DNA of 64,000 nucleotides from Rickettsiales bacterium (GTDB lineage Bacteria; Pseudomonadota; Alphaproteobacteria; Rickettsiales; UBA3002): NCBI GenBank assembly GCA_044237845.1, contig JBIIEL010000001.1, positions 86,173 to 150,172 of the forward strand, read 5' to 3'. Shown piece by piece: positions 62,772 to 64,000 of this stretch (position 1 is its first letter; each line of letters starts with the position of its first letter). The notes under the pieces were generated by a model. It saw only the letters and a program-made list of their open reading frames with translations, ran no database searches and was not told where the DNA came from. The position numbers and the translations under genes were made by a program.

Positions 62772-64000
62772 GCCACCAACCGTTCGGAAAGCCCGGCAGT
62801 GCGGACGCTGCCTTGGGGGCCCAGCGCCGCGATGACGGGGGTTTTGGTGCTGAGCACCAGCTCGGCCATGCGCACCATGTCGGCGTGGGTGATGGCGTCG
62901 ATCAGTGGTAGAATTTCCTCCGCCGTGCGGTAGCGGCCATAAACCAGCAGATGGGTGGCGATGCGCTCGACGACGGTGGCGGTGCTCTCCAGCCCCATCA
63001 GCACATTGGCTTTGATCTGGTTTTTGGCGCGGGTGAGTTCGGCGTCGCTCACGCCTGCGCGCATGCTTTCCATCACCTCGCGCAGCGCGACGGTGAGCTC
63101 CGGCAAATGTTCCACCGTGGTGCCCGCATACATGCCGAGCACGCCGATATCGTTATAGCCTGCGGCAAAGGCCGAGACGGAATAAGCCAGCCCGCGCGCC
63201 TCGCGCACCTCCTGGAAGAGGCGGCTCGACATGCCGCCGCCCAAGATGGTCGCGAAGACCTGGCTCGCGAAATAATCGTCGCTCAGCGAAGTGACGCCGT
63301 TGAAACCGACGACAAGCTGCACCTGCTCGAGGTCTTTCTCCAGCGTTTCCTCGCCGCCTTTATAGGCTGCCGCTACGGGCAGTTTTTCGATGGCGTTGTT
63401 TTTGCGCGCGCCGAAAAATTCCTGCGCGATGGCGAGGGTGGCGGCGTGGTCGACCGCGCCCGCGGCGGCGAGCACCATGCGGCGCGGTTCGTAATGCGTG
63501 GCGGTGAAGGCAACCAGATCATCGCGCGAGAAGGTCGCGATGCGTGCCGGGTCACCGAGAATGCTGCGGCCGAGCGGCGAATCGCCGAAGGCCTGGCGCT
63601 GGAACAAATCGAACACCAGATCGTCCGGCGAGTCATGATGCATGGCGATTTCCTGCAGGATCACCTCGCGCTCGCGCTCAAGCTCGGCGGGGTCGAACAC
63701 CGAATCGGCCACGATCTCGCAGAGTAGGCGCGCGGCGTCGCCCGCATATTCCTTGAGCACCCTCGCGTAGTAGACGGTGTGTTCGTGGCTGGTATAGGCA
63801 TTCACGTTGCCGCCCATCATGTCGAACGTCTCGGCGATCTGCTTGGCGCTCATGCGCGCGGTGCCCTTGAAGGCCATATGCTCGAGCATGTGCGAAAGCC
63901 CGCCCTGTTCCAGCGCCTCGTGCCGCGCGCCGACATCCACCGCAATCGCAAACGCCGCCGTGTGCGTGGACGCATCCGCCTCGCTCGCAATCCGCAGGCC
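62768..64000 (-). CDS. M16 family zinc peptidase (mitochondrial-processing-peptidase-like), N-terminus beyond right edge
   Basis: HMLEHMAFKGT (HxxEH). The frame stays open upstream of the listed Met to the window edge (GLRIASEADASTHTAAFAIAVDVGARHE). ATGA overlap with rluD. Confidence 0.85.
   Translation of the reverse strand, partial: GLRIASEADASTHTAAFAIAVDVGARHEALEQGGLSHMLEHMAFKGTARMSAKQIAETFDMMGGNVNAYTSHEHTVYYARVLKEYAGDAARLLCEIVADSVFDPAELEREREVILQEIAMHHDSPDDLVFDLFQRQAFGDSPLGRSILGDPARIATFSRDDLVAFTATHYEPRRMVLAAAGAVDHAATLAIAQEFFGARKNNAIEKLPVAAAYKGGEETLEKDLEQVQLVVGFNGVTSLSDDYFASQVFATILGGGMSSRLFQEVREARGLAYSVSAFAAGYNDIGVLGMYAGTTVEHLPELTVALREVMESMRAGVSDAELTRAKNQIKANVLMGLESTATVVERIATHLLVYGRYRTAEEILPLIDAITHADMVRMAELVLSTKTPVIAALGPQGSVRTAGLSERLVA

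Noticed and set aside
1-64000. Search for tRNA, rRNA, CRISPR arrays, IS elements or transposases, integrases, and phage or conjugation genes.
   Set aside because: I saw no cloverleaf-compatible T-loop or anticodon context. I saw no spaced direct-repeat array, no DDE, tyrosine or serine recombinase motifs, and no terminal inverted repeats flanking the AT-rich islets.

Overview
High-GC chromosomal segment that looks alphaproteobacterial. This is inferred from the petABC (fbc) cytochrome bc1 operon, rpoH, a giant gdhZ-type NAD-glutamate dehydrogenase, lspA followed by a DUF3035-like lipoprotein, the prs-rplY-pth-ychF cluster, and TTAA-N7-TTAAC promoter boxes. I support about 55 protein-coding genes and one decayed pseudogene. 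I saw no rRNA, tRNA, CRISPR, IS or prophage genes. The backbone is housekeeping: hemF, trmL, petABC, uppP, murJ, ribF, lspA, three M16 peptidases, mutL, purH, a CapD/PglF-type dehydratase, gdhZ, gshB, yraN, rsmI, an LpoA-like protein, an L,D-transpeptidase/DUF882 pair, ychF, pth, rplY, prs, murI, mnmC, an APC permease, nrdAB, yifB/comM, a histidine kinase, rpoH and rluD. Between these lie islets that look AT-richer by eye and hold orphan genes. Main hunt results: (1) One 21-bp direct-repeat operator (two TCAC/TCAT half-sites 11 bp apart) sits 20-21 nt upstream of a -10-like hexamer in front of five promoters. These drive eight function-unknown genes, including two HExxH proteins, a hairpin-TM His-rich membrane protein and two lipoproteins. 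I read this as a candidate response-regulator regulon of undescribed, possibly secreted or effector-like proteins. (2) Six promoters share a CtrA-type box followed by exactly 10 nt and a TATAnn-like -10. Two of them drive a tandem family of small, signal-peptide-bearing, lysine-rich proteins. (3) A family of tandem heptanucleotide repeats occurs at eight loci. Some copies abut start codons and some lie in-frame inside mutL, purH and rluD. (4) A roughly 24-50 nt dispersed element is inserted in-frame in mutL, mnmC and a PrmA-like methyltransferase. This is analogous in behaviour to Rickettsia palindromic elements. (5) An AT-rich islet after purH encodes a stand-alone I-TevI-like GIY-YIG domain. 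(6) An AT-rich OafA-type acyltransferase gene is inactivated by a perfect 23-bp tandem duplication plus an in-frame TAG. All functional calls rest on my own recognition of motifs in the translations. No database search was possible.
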